From positions 1 through 61,892 of the forward strand of contig JAHQWH010000016.1 in the NCBI GenBank assembly GCA_029856105.1: a stretch of DNA of 61,892 nt. The letters are read 5' to 3'. The notes beneath the pieces are model-generated. The model made no database searches. It was not told the origin of the DNA and was given only the letters and a program-made list of their open reading frames with translations. The number at the start of each line of letters is the position of its first letter. The first letter of the stretch is position 1. Source of the DNA: Promethearchaeia archaeon (GTDB taxonomy: Archaea > Asgardarchaeota > Lokiarchaeia > Sigyniarchaeales > SOKP01). Both the position numbers and the translations under genes were made by a program. Shown here piece by piece: positions 48,533 to 58,750 of the stretch.

Positions 48533-49654
48533 TTAAGACTCCGCTAAAAAGTAAGCGAATATTGAACCGTTATCGTGACAGGCAATTAAAATATTTGAGT
48601 TAAAATCATATTTTAGGTCGTTTAAACACGATTTTTTTTGAATTTTAGTAATAATTTTGCCAGAAACTTCGTCAATAATCAACAATTTCCCCTTAGTCGT
48701 TCCTAAAACAATATAACTATTCGAACCTATTTTAGTTTGAATCAAGCATTCCGTATTTATATGTGTTATGTCCCATTTTTTTTCTAATTTTTGGTTCAAA
48801 CACATAAGTTTTGAGCTGAATTCGATATCTTCGATGTTAACAGACTCGTCAAAATATTCAAACGAATAGGTACTTACTAATAAATAACTTTCGTCATTAT
48901 GAAGGAACGAAAGGCATTTCCAGACATAATCGTCGAATTGAATTGATTTAATTTCTTCTTGAGTAAGTTTATCGATTAAGTGAAGTTTTTTATCGTCTCC
49001 CCCACAAACAATCAATTCTCTATTTTTTGATTTGAAAATCGAAACGCAACGAATTTTATCTTTAAATCGTTTAAACCAAACTAAAGCTCCATCTTTTCCC
49101 TTAAAAACTCTGATTGATCCATCGTTTCCACATGCAATTACTTCTTTTGTTCCAAAGTCAGCAGAATCTCTATAAGTTATTGCTTCACCTATTCCATCTT
49201 CAAAAATCTGCCCCCAGATTAAAGAACCATCAATAGGGTTTAAAACTCTTAAGCTTTTATCTATCGAATACGCGATAATTTCGTCTATGTTATCGTGGTT
49301 TATGTCCTCAAACAAAAATCCGCTAATAGACGCACCAAATTGATGTGCCCAAAATGGTTTCAATTCATAGGAGAGATTGCATTTAAACACTCTTAATAAG
49401 CCATCTAAACCCCCCAAGATAACTTCGTTTTTTCTATCGCTATCTATATCGCATATCTTTCCGTTCCAAATCGAAGATTCTTTTGCGATTTCTAATTCAG
49501 ATATTAACTTACCTTTCATAGAAAGTATAAGAAGTCTCCCGGATTTAGAGAATGCTATAATTTCATAGCTTCCGTTATTGTTAATATCTCCTACTTCAAT
49601 CCCAAGAATTGACTCGCTATTAAGGAAATCCCATCGTTCTTTAATATACATCAT
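48533..49654 (-). CDS. beta-propeller (WD40/FG-GAP-like) protein
   Basis: Repeated DIxxDxxxEII and GxDGxxRVF units. Confidence 0.8.
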   Translation of the reverse strand: MMYIKERWDFLNSESILGIEVGDINNNGSYEIIAFSKSGRLLILSMKGKLISELEIAKESSIWNGKICDIDSDRKNEVILGGLDGLLRVFKCNLSYELKPFWAHQFGASISGFLFEDINHDNIDEIIAYSIDKSLRVLNPIDGSLIWGQIFEDGIGEAITYRDSADFGTKEVIACGNDGSIRVFKGKDGALVWFKRFKDKIRCVSIFKSKNRELIVCGGDDKKLHLIDKLTQEEIKSIQFDDYVWKCLSFLHNDESYLLVSTYSFEYFDESVNIEDIEFSSKLMCLNQKLEKKWDITHINTECLIQTKIGSNSYIVLGTTKGKLLIIDEVSGKIITKIQKKSCLNDLKYDFNSNILIACHDNGSIFAYFLAES

Positions 49655-49796
49655 TATTACTATTGCTAAACTGTTATTTCAATATAGGAAAATGTTTTTT
49701 GAAACATCAATAATTTTTTATAAAATATAATTATAAATAAAATTAAAATCAAATTTCTTTTTAATTAATAAAATTTTTAATAAAGAGGAATAAAAA

Positions 49797-50261
49797 ATGT
49801 CTAACGAGAGAAGTGAAGTTCCAACATCGATTTTTTTCATGGGGGCATTAATCACCAGCGCTATTGGTGGAATTTTGCTCTTAGCCTTAGATTTCGGTGG
49901 ATGGGACGGTTCAAATTATTACCTTGGAGTTTATATATTTGGAGGAATAGATGCGTGGAACAGTATTTATAGTATTCCAATAGTGATCTCAGGATTCTTG
50001 CTCTTATACTGTATGGGTATTTCAATACTTGTACTTAGATTTCCTGATAAAATCCCTGATAAGAAATATGTTAAATACGGGCTTTATATGTCAACAATGG
50101 TATTTTTTCTTAGCTTAATTGGAGGTATTATTTTTGCCGTGGCGATGGAATTAGAGGATGTTTGGTGGTGGTTTGATGCAGGTTTTTATGGTGGAATAAT
50201 TGGTGGGTTCTTAACGGCTATATTGTATTACCTAGGTTTAAAAAATCTTGATTTACCTTAA
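49797..50261 (+). CDS. 4-TM membrane protein
   Basis: Hydrophobic ORF with WWFDAGFYGG. Confidence 0.75.
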   Translation: MSNERSEVPTSIFFMGALITSAIGGILLLALDFGGWDGSNYYLGVYIFGGIDAWNSIYSIPIVISGFLLLYCMGISILVLRFPDKIPDKKYVKYGLYMSTMVFFLSLIGGIIFAVAMELEDVWWWFDAGFYGGIIGGFLTAILYYLGLKNLDLP

Positions 50262-50432
50262 ATTTATAATATCTTTTTTTTTTAAAGAAAAAAATTTTCT
50301 ATCAATTATTTCCCAAAATAAGAAAGAAATTTAAATTTTTTACGCAATTCTCAATATCAAAGATAATTAATTTATCTATATTCAGAAAAAAAAACTTCGA
50401 AAAGAAACAAAAACAACAAAAAGGTATTAATT

Positions 50433-50630
50433 ATGGGATTCGGAATCAAAATTGATATGGATGCTTGCACTGGATGTGGAACATGCTATGAAGTCTGCCC
50501 AAGCGAGTGCTTTGGCGAACCAGAGGGTGGAAAAGTGCATGTACTCGAAGATAATAGAGACGATTGCGTTGGTTGCATGGCATGTGAAACACAATGCCCT
50601 GAAGAAGCCATAACAATAACTGAGGATTAA
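50433..50630 (+). CDS. 2x[4Fe-4S] ferredoxin
   Basis: Two CxxCxxCxxxCP motifs. Confidence 0.95.
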   Translation: MGFGIKIDMDACTGCGTCYEVCPSECFGEPEGGKVHVLEDNRDDCVGCMACETQCPEEAITITED

Positions 50631-50825
50631 AATTCAATAAATTCCTCTTAGATTTTTTAGAAAACTCTTTTTTTTTTTATTTTTAAATTAAATTTTATTA
50701 TTTTCAGATCGTGAAACACACCTTTCACGAAAATTTGTATGTATTACCGAAATATGCTAAGATATATCGGTGTAATACAATTTATAAAAACATAAGAAGA
50801 ATAAAAAAATTTGTTGAGTTATCGA

Positions 50826-52112
50826 TTACAAATCCGCGCAGAGAAAAACAATGAGCTCCTTTATATAAGTTTTAACTTCTTTTAATTTAACATTTTCGTT
50901 TACTGCGTGGTCATTAGAACCAGGATTTCCTACTCCATGAAGGATAATATCTTTAGTTTTTAGAATTTCAGAGACGTAACCCATATCAGTACTTCCAGCG
51001 TTTCCAATCACCATAATTCTATTTTCTGGTACTTTTTGGACCTCCATCATAACTTTTTTCATCCTAGTTATATCGGGAGCGTTTGGATCTGCGACCATAG
51101 GTGGGTAATCGTAAACAAAAGTAGTTTTAACATCTAGTAATTTGCTTTTTGCTTTTCCTCTTTCTATTGCTTCAGAGATTTCTTTCTTAACATCCTCGAG
51201 ATTTTCGTCAGGGATTACTCTTCGGTTAATAGTTAAAGTACATAAATCCGGCACTATATTCGTTTTTGTTCCCGAATGTATAATGTCTAGGTTGAACATG
51301 GGGGTCATATTTCGTTTTTCGCCCGTTCCAAATCTAGGTAACCCCGGAATGTTTTTACTTTCGCGAACTTCAACGATTTTTTTTAATTTCATTAATTCTA
51401 CTAAGATTGGAACAGTTTCTTCTAAGGCATTTATTCCTAAAAAGTTCATTCCTGAATGGCAACTTTTTCCAAAAGATTCGACTATAACATTTAACGCCCC
51501 CGCCGTTCCTATAGGAATTATGGGGTTAATTACGCCTTCCATACAGAACACCGTTCCTTTAATGTATCCTTTTTCTGCAAGATAACGTATTCCGGGCCAT
51601 ATACCAATTTCTTCGTCAGTACAATTCATTACATTGATGTTATATTTTGGAGTTAATTTTAGTTCTTCAATTATTTGGAGGGCTAAAATCAGACAGACCA
51701 TAGCACCTTTCATGTCAGAAGTTCCCCGACCATATATCTTTCCACTTCCAATCATAGTTGCTTCAAATGGTGGGAACCGCCATTTTTTTTCTCCATCATT
51801 CGGAGCTGGTACAACATCCATGTGTCCATAAAAACTGACATCTTTATCTCGTCCGAAACTTTTTGTAGCAACAAGATTAATTCGAGGTCCTTCTAAAGAA
51901 TATGGTATCTGTTTTACCAATTCTTCTGGCACAACAACTTCTTCCAAAGAGTACCCTAAATTTCTGAAAAAGGGGATTAAAGCATCCACATATTGGCGAT
52001 ATGCATTTCCAGGAGGGACTGTAGTATCAATATTGATAAAGGTTCTCATAACGCTCATTACTTTTTCCCTATCTAAATTATCTACAACATTATAAATTTG
52101 CTCTAAACTCAT
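50826..52112 (-). CDS. M20 family metallopeptidase (ArgE/DapE-like)
   Basis: GHMDVVP, GRGTSDMKG, DEE, HAVNE. Confidence 0.9.
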   Translation of the reverse strand: MSLEQIYNVVDNLDREKVMSVMRTFINIDTTVPPGNAYRQYVDALIPFFRNLGYSLEEVVVPEELVKQIPYSLEGPRINLVATKSFGRDKDVSFYGHMDVVPAPNDGEKKWRFPPFEATMIGSGKIYGRGTSDMKGAMVCLILALQIIEELKLTPKYNINVMNCTDEEIGIWPGIRYLAEKGYIKGTVFCMEGVINPIIPIGTAGALNVIVESFGKSCHSGMNFLGINALEETVPILVELMKLKKIVEVRESKNIPGLPRFGTGEKRNMTPMFNLDIIHSGTKTNIVPDLCTLTINRRVIPDENLEDVKKEISEAIERGKAKSKLLDVKTTFVYDYPPMVADPNAPDITRMKKVMMEVQKVPENRIMVIGNAGSTDMGYVSEILKTKDIILHGVGNPGSNDHAVNENVKLKEVKTYIKELIVFLCADL

Positions 52113-52202
52113 AATCTTAAATCACCTTAAATTAGAATATATATTGAAAAATAAGTAATGTAATAAAATATTTCTGAAAGGAGATCTATTTTATATCACA
52201 AA

Positions 52203-53315
52203 TTACCACAGCAATATTTTGCCGCAATTCTTACAAGTTCCTTCATTAATCTGCATATTAAGACAGTTTTCGTGGTAATTTGTACCACATGCTTGGCACA
52301 TGTATATTTTACCTGTGTAATCACCAAAGTCATAGCCGCAATAACTGCATTTGTTTGCAAAAGAAAAATTACTACTATTTACATCCACTTCAACTATTTG
52401 CGAAGTCCCTGTTAACCCTGTATTTGTACTAGAAGGGGTTAAAAACGAACTATCTTGAGAAGGTGTAACCGTTTGTTGTTGCTGAGAATAAGGCTGAGGT
52501 TGTTCCCAGTTTGAAATGTATCCTTGAGCAGGTTTTTTAGATATTCCCATCTTTAAAGAAACTTTCTCGTCTAAAATATTTGTTAATATTAAAGCTGAGG
52601 CGTATTTACCTTTTGCCCCGCCTTTTTGTAGGTGCGTATGAGAAATTAAATGAATAACGCGCCCTCCAGTTTTACCATGATCAAAATAACATAAAACGGG
52701 AGCTTCGCCCCACTTTTGCTGAATTCGCAAAGAAGAGATTAATACTCGTACGGATGGATTAAGAACTTGAATTGGAAAAGATCTATTTTCAAGCCACCAC
52801 TTAAATTCGGTTTTTTTGGTGTTTTTTGACGATCCTTTTTGCCATTTTGCTTGTTGTATTTCACTTATTACTCCATCTAAGAAAGGATGATTTGGCTCAA
52901 GTATTTGACACGCAACAACAGCGTCGGCAGTTCTTTCTTTGTTCCATCGGATATAACCCGGGAATATTGGTTCCACAATATGTTTTATAGCCCAGTCTGT
53001 TGTTATTATCCACCCTCCTTTTAGCGAAACATATTCACTAATTTTAGGGAAAGCCGAATGTGGTATTTTATCTCCTGGACACCCAATCAACACGACATCG
53101 TAATCACTTAAATTATACTTCATGATATCGGTAGGTTTAATAGTTATATGTTTTGCCGCATACATATGATCTATTACTTTTTTAGGTTTTTCATAGCGAC
53201 CTTCGACCGCGAGTATTCTGCCGTGCTTCTCGACTGCTTTTACAACATCTTTTTTATCGAGCGCTTCCATTTTACGCTGTTTAACTTCAGAATAAAGATC
53301 CTTCCAACTACTCAT
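52203..53315 (-). CDS. hypothetical protein with C-terminal C4HC3 (PHD/RING-variant) zinc finger
   Basis: CSYC..CQAC..YHENC..CKNC after a Q/S/T-rich linker. Confidence 0.75.
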   Translation of the reverse strand: MSSWKDLYSEVKQRKMEALDKKDVVKAVEKHGRILAVEGRYEKPKKVIDHMYAAKHITIKPTDIMKYNLSDYDVVLIGCPGDKIPHSAFPKISEYVSLKGGWIITTDWAIKHIVEPIFPGYIRWNKERTADAVVACQILEPNHPFLDGVISEIQQAKWQKGSSKNTKKTEFKWWLENRSFPIQVLNPSVRVLISSLRIQQKWGEAPVLCYFDHGKTGGRVIHLISHTHLQKGGAKGKYASALILTNILDEKVSLKMGISKKPAQGYISNWEQPQPYSQQQQTVTPSQDSSFLTPSSTNTGLTGTSQIVEVDVNSSNFSFANKCSYCGYDFGDYTGKIYMCQACGTNYHENCLNMQINEGTCKNCGKILLW

Positions 53316-53414
53316 TAAATAACCTCTTTTATTAATATTATAAGGTATTAAATATTATTTTTACTAAGTAATAAAAAATAATTCATATTTATATTTTCAT
53401 TGGAAGCGAGAATT

Positions 53415-54920
53415 ATGGAAAATTTTAAAAAACTTGGAGAGCCTTTAGAGTTTTGGCAATATTTTTTTCAAATCACTAAAATTCCTCGATGTTCAGCTCA
53501 CGAAGATCAGATGAGAGAATATATTAAGAAAGAAGCGGAGAAATTAGGTTTTCAAACTGAGGTTGACCAAATAAAAAATATTGTTGTGCGAATTCCATCC
53601 AAAATAGGGTATAATTCAGGGATTTTAGGAGTAGTTTTGCAGAGTCACATGGATATGGTGTGTGAAAAGAATGAAGATGTTATTCACGATTTCTCAAAAG
53701 ATCCATTAAAATTAAAGATCGTTGAAATTGAAGGTGAAAGATGGCTAACTGCGGAAGGGACAACATTGGGAGCAGATAACGGCGTGGGAATCGCGTATCA
53801 GCTCGCTATTATGAAGAAAATCCACGATGGTAGTTTAAACTTTGATTCAATTAATTTAGACTTATTATTTACTGTAGATGAAGAGAGAGCCCTTACGGGT
53901 GCGAGACAAATAAGTAAAAACTTGATTAAAGGAAAATATCTATTAAACCTTGATTCGGAAGAAGATGACCGTTTCACAATTGGTTGTGCAGGAGGGAGAA
54001 CATTTACTGTAAAGATAAAAAGAGAAAAAATAAAGAAAAATAGTATTGATACAAATTTAACACCAATTAAAATTTCCGCAACTGGTTTAGTTGGGGGGCA
54101 TTCAGGCGGAGATATTCATAAAGGTCGGGGTAATGCGCTAAAAATTATTGCCCAAATTTTATGGAAATTGAATAAAAAATATAAAGTTTATATCAGTTCT
54201 TTAAAAGGGGGTAATCTATCGAATGCTATTCCAAGAGAATGTCATGCTATTATTTTTATAAATAAAAATCAGTTTATAGAAATTGGTTCTTATATAAAAA
54301 AGTTGGAATTAAATATTCAAATGTTGTATAATGAAATCGAGCCAAATTTTAAGATTTCTTTCGAAAAATTAGACGCATTTACAGAAGATCTCACATTGAC
54401 TAAAGAAATTCAAGATAAATTGTTAAACTTGTTATATTTGATGCCTAACGGCCCTATTTCTCTACATCCAACGAGTAAAGGATTAGTTCATACGTCTTCT
54501 AATTTGGCGTCTATAAAAACACATGAAGATTTTATTGAATTTCAAATAAGTCAAAGGAGTTTGACCCAGTATGACAAAGATGTTATCCATGAAAAATTTA
54601 CAACTTTAATGAAGATGTCTGGCTTAGAATTCAATAAAACTATTGATACGGAATATCCTAGTTGGCCGCCGGATTTTGATTCAAAAATTACGAGCATATC
54701 TAAATCGGTATATAAAGAACTATTTGGCGAAGAAGTTATAATTCAAGCAATTCACGCGGGATTAGAATGCTCCTATTTTGGACACCATTTTCCAGAGATG
54801 GAAATGATATCTTTTGGCCCTGATGTTTTGGGAGGCCATTCTCCTGACGAAAGGCTGAAAATAAGAAGCGTAGAAAAAGTCTGGAAATTTTTAGTAACTT
54901 TACTTAAAAATTTAGGTTAA
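53415..54920 (+). CDS. pepD: aminoacyl-histidine dipeptidase (M20C)
   Basis: QSHMDMVCEKN, TTLGADNGVG, NLDSEE, IHAGLEC, HSPDE. Confidence 0.93.
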   Translation: MENFKKLGEPLEFWQYFFQITKIPRCSAHEDQMREYIKKEAEKLGFQTEVDQIKNIVVRIPSKIGYNSGILGVVLQSHMDMVCEKNEDVIHDFSKDPLKLKIVEIEGERWLTAEGTTLGADNGVGIAYQLAIMKKIHDGSLNFDSINLDLLFTVDEERALTGARQISKNLIKGKYLLNLDSEEDDRFTIGCAGGRTFTVKIKREKIKKNSIDTNLTPIKISATGLVGGHSGGDIHKGRGNALKIIAQILWKLNKKYKVYISSLKGGNLSNAIPRECHAIIFINKNQFIEIGSYIKKLELNIQMLYNEIEPNFKISFEKLDAFTEDLTLTKEIQDKLLNLLYLMPNGPISLHPTSKGLVHTSSNLASIKTHEDFIEFQISQRSLTQYDKDVIHEKFTTLMKMSGLEFNKTIDTEYPSWPPDFDSKITSISKSVYKELFGEEVIIQAIHAGLECSYFGHHFPEMEMISFGPDVLGGHSPDERLKIRSVEKVWKFLVTLLKNLG

Positions 54921-55006
54921 ATAACTTGAATAATTATTTCTTTTTTAAAAAAATTTTAATTCAAAAGAAATTTATAAAACAAAGAAAATAAAATTCTAAG
55001 ATTATA

Positions 55007-55537
55007 ATGCAAAAAGAAAGAAGCACCAAAACAAAGCTTGTTAAAGAAGAAGTTATTGGTTCAGAGACGGTTTTTGAAAAAATCAAAGATAAAACTCCTT
55101 GGGTCTTTGGTAAAACACTAAGAAAACCTAAATTATTGTTTCCTGACATAAAAAGGCCTAGAATGGATATGCCTCTTCCAGGAAAATCATTGGCTGCGAT
55201 AGTGGTTTATATTGTTTTGTTCCTTTTACAAACTGGAATTGTATATTTAATAATTAGAAACCCTCCAGCTTTGGGATCTAATCCACAAACAGGTGCACCT
55301 ATGTTTCTTTATCCTAACATTAATGAATCGTTTATAATTGAAGGAATTGTCGCTTCAATATTTATTTTTTTGTGTTCTTTAGGCTTTATTTTTTTATATC
55401 AAGCATCTCAATATGTTTATAATAAGAATACTGCAATAAGGTATTTAATTGTAGGGATTATTTTAATTGTAATTGCTTTTGCTACATTACAAGCAATGAT
55501 TACGATTAAACTTGGTGACACATTATTTAATGTGTAA
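55007..55537 (+). CDS. oligosaccharyltransferase accessory subunit-like protein (OSTC/DC2, Ost3/Ost6 family)
   Basis: Three TM segments; IIRNPPALG and FIIEGIVAS..LGFIFL. Confidence 0.65.
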   Translation: MQKERSTKTKLVKEEVIGSETVFEKIKDKTPWVFGKTLRKPKLLFPDIKRPRMDMPLPGKSLAAIVVYIVLFLLQTGIVYLIIRNPPALGSNPQTGAPMFLYPNINESFIIEGIVASIFIFLCSLGFIFLYQASQYVYNKNTAIRYLIVGIILIVIAFATLQAMITIKLGDTLFNV

Positions 55538-55762
55538 TATTGACCTTACCGGTAATTGCCCTAAATAGGATAAAACTCTTTATATTTATTATAATAAGCT
55601 TAAAATAGTTAAATCTCAGATGCCATTGAGGATAGACACTAATTTTTTGAATCCAGTCCATTAATACTCAAGTTGAACTTATTGAAGTAGTTTAAAAGTT
55701 TTCACGGAAAAAGAAAAAAAAGAAAAAATTATAAATTTTCTAAGTAAGACTAAAAACTTGAT

Positions 55763-56164
55763 TTATTTAAGCGAATCTGTAAACGCGTTATAGGCGGCTT
55801 CGTCTAATAAATTACCTTTTTCTGCGTCCCAATTTGAGGCATCGATCTTATATAACCAAGCTGAGAAGCCATCTTCGTTAATTTTCTCAGGCTCGTCCAT
55901 CAAATCGCCATTTACTTCTTTAACTGTTCCAGAGACCGGACTATATACATCTCCAACAGCTTTACTTGACTCAACTGTGGCGTCAATTGGATCCGAAGTT
56001 GGTTCATCTCCATCCATTGTTAGCTGAGTAAGTTCAGCACCTTCAAGTGCATCAACATCAACAAAAGAGATCTCTCCTAATTGCTCAGCTGCAAAAGGAG
56101 TAAGTCCTACTTCGCCATTTGCATCATTATACCATTGGTGGGTTTTAGTATACCAAATCGTCAT
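55763..56164 (-). CDS. gcvH: glycine cleavage system H protein
   Basis: YTKTHQW, AAEQLGEI, VESSKAVGDVYSPVSG (lipoyl lysine). Confidence 0.93.
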   Translation of the reverse strand: MTIWYTKTHQWYNDANGEVGLTPFAAEQLGEISFVDVDALEGAELTQLTMDGDEPTSDPIDATVESSKAVGDVYSPVSGTVKEVNGDLMDEPEKINEDGFSAWLYKIDASNWDAEKGNLLDEAAYNAFTDSLK

Positions 56165-56301
56165 GTTATATTCAACTTTTTGTTTAAAATTTTTTAAATT
56201 TTTATAATATCGAATTTAAGTGTATGATAAGACTAATTATATAATAGATTTAAAATTTTTTTATTCCAGAAAAAAATTTTTAAAATAAAACAACGGTATA
56301 A

Positions 56302-57141
56302 ATGAAACATTCACTTAAGAAACAGATAGATTCGTTTGTTGAATTTAAACAGTGGTATATTAAGATACTGCAAGATTTTAATTTTGATCTTCAAAAAGAT
56401 CGAGAAGCAAGGGATTTATTATCTCGTATTTTAGAAGAAAAACACTATTCGTATAACCTTGAGGAGATTTTGCTTTCTTTTAAGGAAATTATACAAAAAA
56501 AAGCGTATATCTGTGTTTTTGGATGTGGTCCTTCATTAGAAGAATCAGTTGATTATATACTAAGAAATTTAGGAAAAAACTTTTTTAATAACTGTGTGAA
56601 TTTAGCTGCTGATGGAGCTGCTCAATTGTTGAATGAGAGAATCATACCGATTGATGGTATTATAACTGATTTAGATGGTATCAATAAAAGAGATTTCCTC
56701 AAGGCGAATTATGTAATCGTCCATGCACATGGAGATAATATTAGTCTTTTAGAGTATTTTAAAAACACAATTATAGACTTCACAAATGTAATCGGAACAA
56801 CTCAAGCAGAATCAGCTTACAATCTAATTAATCCTGGTGGCTTTACTGATGGCGATAGGATTCTATCTTTTATATCGTCTTTACTTTTACCTAAGCACGA
56901 ATTATATCTTATAGGTATGGACTTTAACGACATTATTGGCAAATATAGTAAACCAGAAATACAAAAAAATCATAAAGCTAACCCAATCAAGCTGAAAAAA
57001 TTACAATATGCTTTACAAATTATTGAATGGTTATTGAACAGAATCAAAAACCCCGTGTACATAATCAATTCGAAAATTGTCTCAGATAATCTTAAAAATC
57101 TAACATTGGAAATGTTTAAAGAAAAAATTCTACAGAATTAA
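56302..57141 (+). CDS. 6-hydroxymethyl-7,8-dihydropterin pyrophosphokinase, MptE-like
   Basis: GCGPSL, AADGA, TDLDG, VHAHGDN, GGFTDGDR. Confidence 0.88.
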   Translation: MKHSLKKQIDSFVEFKQWYIKILQDFNFDLQKDREARDLLSRILEEKHYSYNLEEILLSFKEIIQKKAYICVFGCGPSLEESVDYILRNLGKNFFNNCVNLAADGAAQLLNERIIPIDGIITDLDGINKRDFLKANYVIVHAHGDNISLLEYFKNTIIDFTNVIGTTQAESAYNLINPGGFTDGDRILSFISSLLLPKHELYLIGMDFNDIIGKYSKPEIQKNHKANPIKLKKLQYALQIIEWLLNRIKNPVYIINSKIVSDNLKNLTLEMFKEKILQN

Positions 57142-57144
57142 ATT

Positions 57145-57942
57145 TCAGATTCTGTATTCTTCTATTCCGTTATTCGTAATCATATAGCGTGTTTTCTTTT
57201 CAGGAAATTGATGAGAATTTATTAAATGGAGATAACCCGTCTCGCTTTCTTTACGATTTAAATATATAACTTCAGAGAAATAGTGATTCAAATATCGCAA
57301 TCCTACGGGGAGTTCCCTTACAATCGAGTTTTCAATAAAATTTGGAGCAACTTGAGCTGTTAAAATTGTAATTAAATTATATTTACGAGTAAGAGTATTA
57401 ATTTTTTCCAAAATCTTCAAAAATCTTGTTTTAGCTCGAAAAGATGAAATTTCTTTATCACTAAGCTCAAATCTATAATAGTTATTGATAGAGTCAATGA
57501 TAAGAATTTTTGCATTATTTTGTTTGATTACATCTTCTATCTCGTTTAATTTTAGTAAAAAAGCGGGATTACTCATGATTTTAGATACTAAAATATTCTT
57601 TAGAATCTTTTCGCTTTCAAGTTTTTGGGTTATTGCTAATACACTTATCCTTTCGGGGCGAAATGTGTTTTCTGTGTCTAAATAGATCAACTTAAAGGAT
57701 TTGTGATAAGCTTGAACAGATAATTGATGACATAATTGAGTTTTTCCAGTTTTGTTCGCCCCAAAAATTATATAGGTTTTGTTTGAATGAAACCCACCGC
57801 CAATAACATCGTCAATATTTTTTGAACCAGTTGAAATGCTAAATTTTTCTCGTTTATTTCTTTCGATTTCGCTAACAATCTTTTTTGTACTAATAATCAA
57901 TGATTTTTTTAGATTTACCGTGCTCGATTTGTTTGATTTCAT
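57145..57942 (-). CDS. RadA paralog lacking the N-terminal HhH domain
   Basis: ISTGS..DDVIGGG, GANKTGKTQLCHQL, DTENTFRPERI. Confidence 0.85.
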   Translation of the reverse strand: MKSNKSSTVNLKKSLIISTKKIVSEIERNKREKFSISTGSKNIDDVIGGGFHSNKTYIIFGANKTGKTQLCHQLSVQAYHKSFKLIYLDTENTFRPERISVLAITQKLESEKILKNILVSKIMSNPAFLLKLNEIEDVIKQNNAKILIIDSINNYYRFELSDKEISSFRAKTRFLKILEKINTLTRKYNLITILTAQVAPNFIENSIVRELPVGLRYLNHYFSEVIYLNRKESETGYLHLINSHQFPEKKTRYMITNNGIEEYRI

Positions 57943-58141
57943 CTTTTAGCTGACTAAATTGTGTAATTACTATTAATTTATAAATTCAGAAAAACTTGAT
58001 TTTGATAATTATTAATAATTTTAGCAATAATTAAATCGTAAATTTAATTTTTGATTAAACATAAACTATTAAATATATTAACTTTAAGATTTGTTTTTAT
58101 ATAATTTATTATAAAATATATTAAGTTCGTTTAAAATTACG

Positions 58142-58750
58142 ATGGCAAAAAAAAAAGAAGTTTGTCCGTACTGTGGGAATAGTTTCGCTTATTTAAGCCG
58201 TCACAAATGCAAAGTAAAGGAGAGGCTCGAGGGGTCAGAAGAATCCGATAAGTCTGATGTTGAAAGAAGGTTAGAAAGGATCGAAGATAGAAAGAAAGAA
58301 GGGTCGCGCAGTTTAAGAAAAGATGAGAAAGCGGTTCTTAGAATTATTAGCCGAGAAAAAGATGTGTTTTTTTTTAGGTTATTAGAGCTTACAAACAAAA
58401 AGCGAATTGAACTCGATAAAATTGTAAATACTCTATATTTACAATCTAAAATTAATATAAATCGCGAATTATTGGAAGCTTCTTGGGTAAAGCATATTAC
58501 TATAATTGAAAAAATCGATGTAGAAGTTAAGGATATTCAAGTTAAAAGAGAGGAAAATGATTTCATTTTAGATATTTTTTCACATCAACCATGTTTAACT
58601 TGTCCATTTACGGGTAAGTGTAATAAAACAAATCTCGACCAATTTAATCCTTTACATTGTCCTTGGTTAACTCAATGGGTTAAAGCGTCCTTAGAGGGGC
58701 AAATTTACGTAACCAATTTTGAAGAAATTCAATCAGAAGCGCCAGAATGA
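58142..58750 (+). CDS. RPC34/TFE-beta-like protein with N-terminal zinc finger, wHTH and C-terminal Cys cluster
   Basis: CPYC..HKC; PCLTCP..C..NPLHCPWLTQW. Confidence 0.7.
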   Translation: MAKKKEVCPYCGNSFAYLSRHKCKVKERLEGSEESDKSDVERRLERIEDRKKEGSRSLRKDEKAVLRIISREKDVFFFRLLELTNKKRIELDKIVNTLYLQSKININRELLEASWVKHITIIEKIDVEVKDIQVKREENDFILDIFSHQPCLTCPFTGKCNKTNLDQFNPLHCPWLTQWVKASLEGQIYVTNFEEIQSEAPE

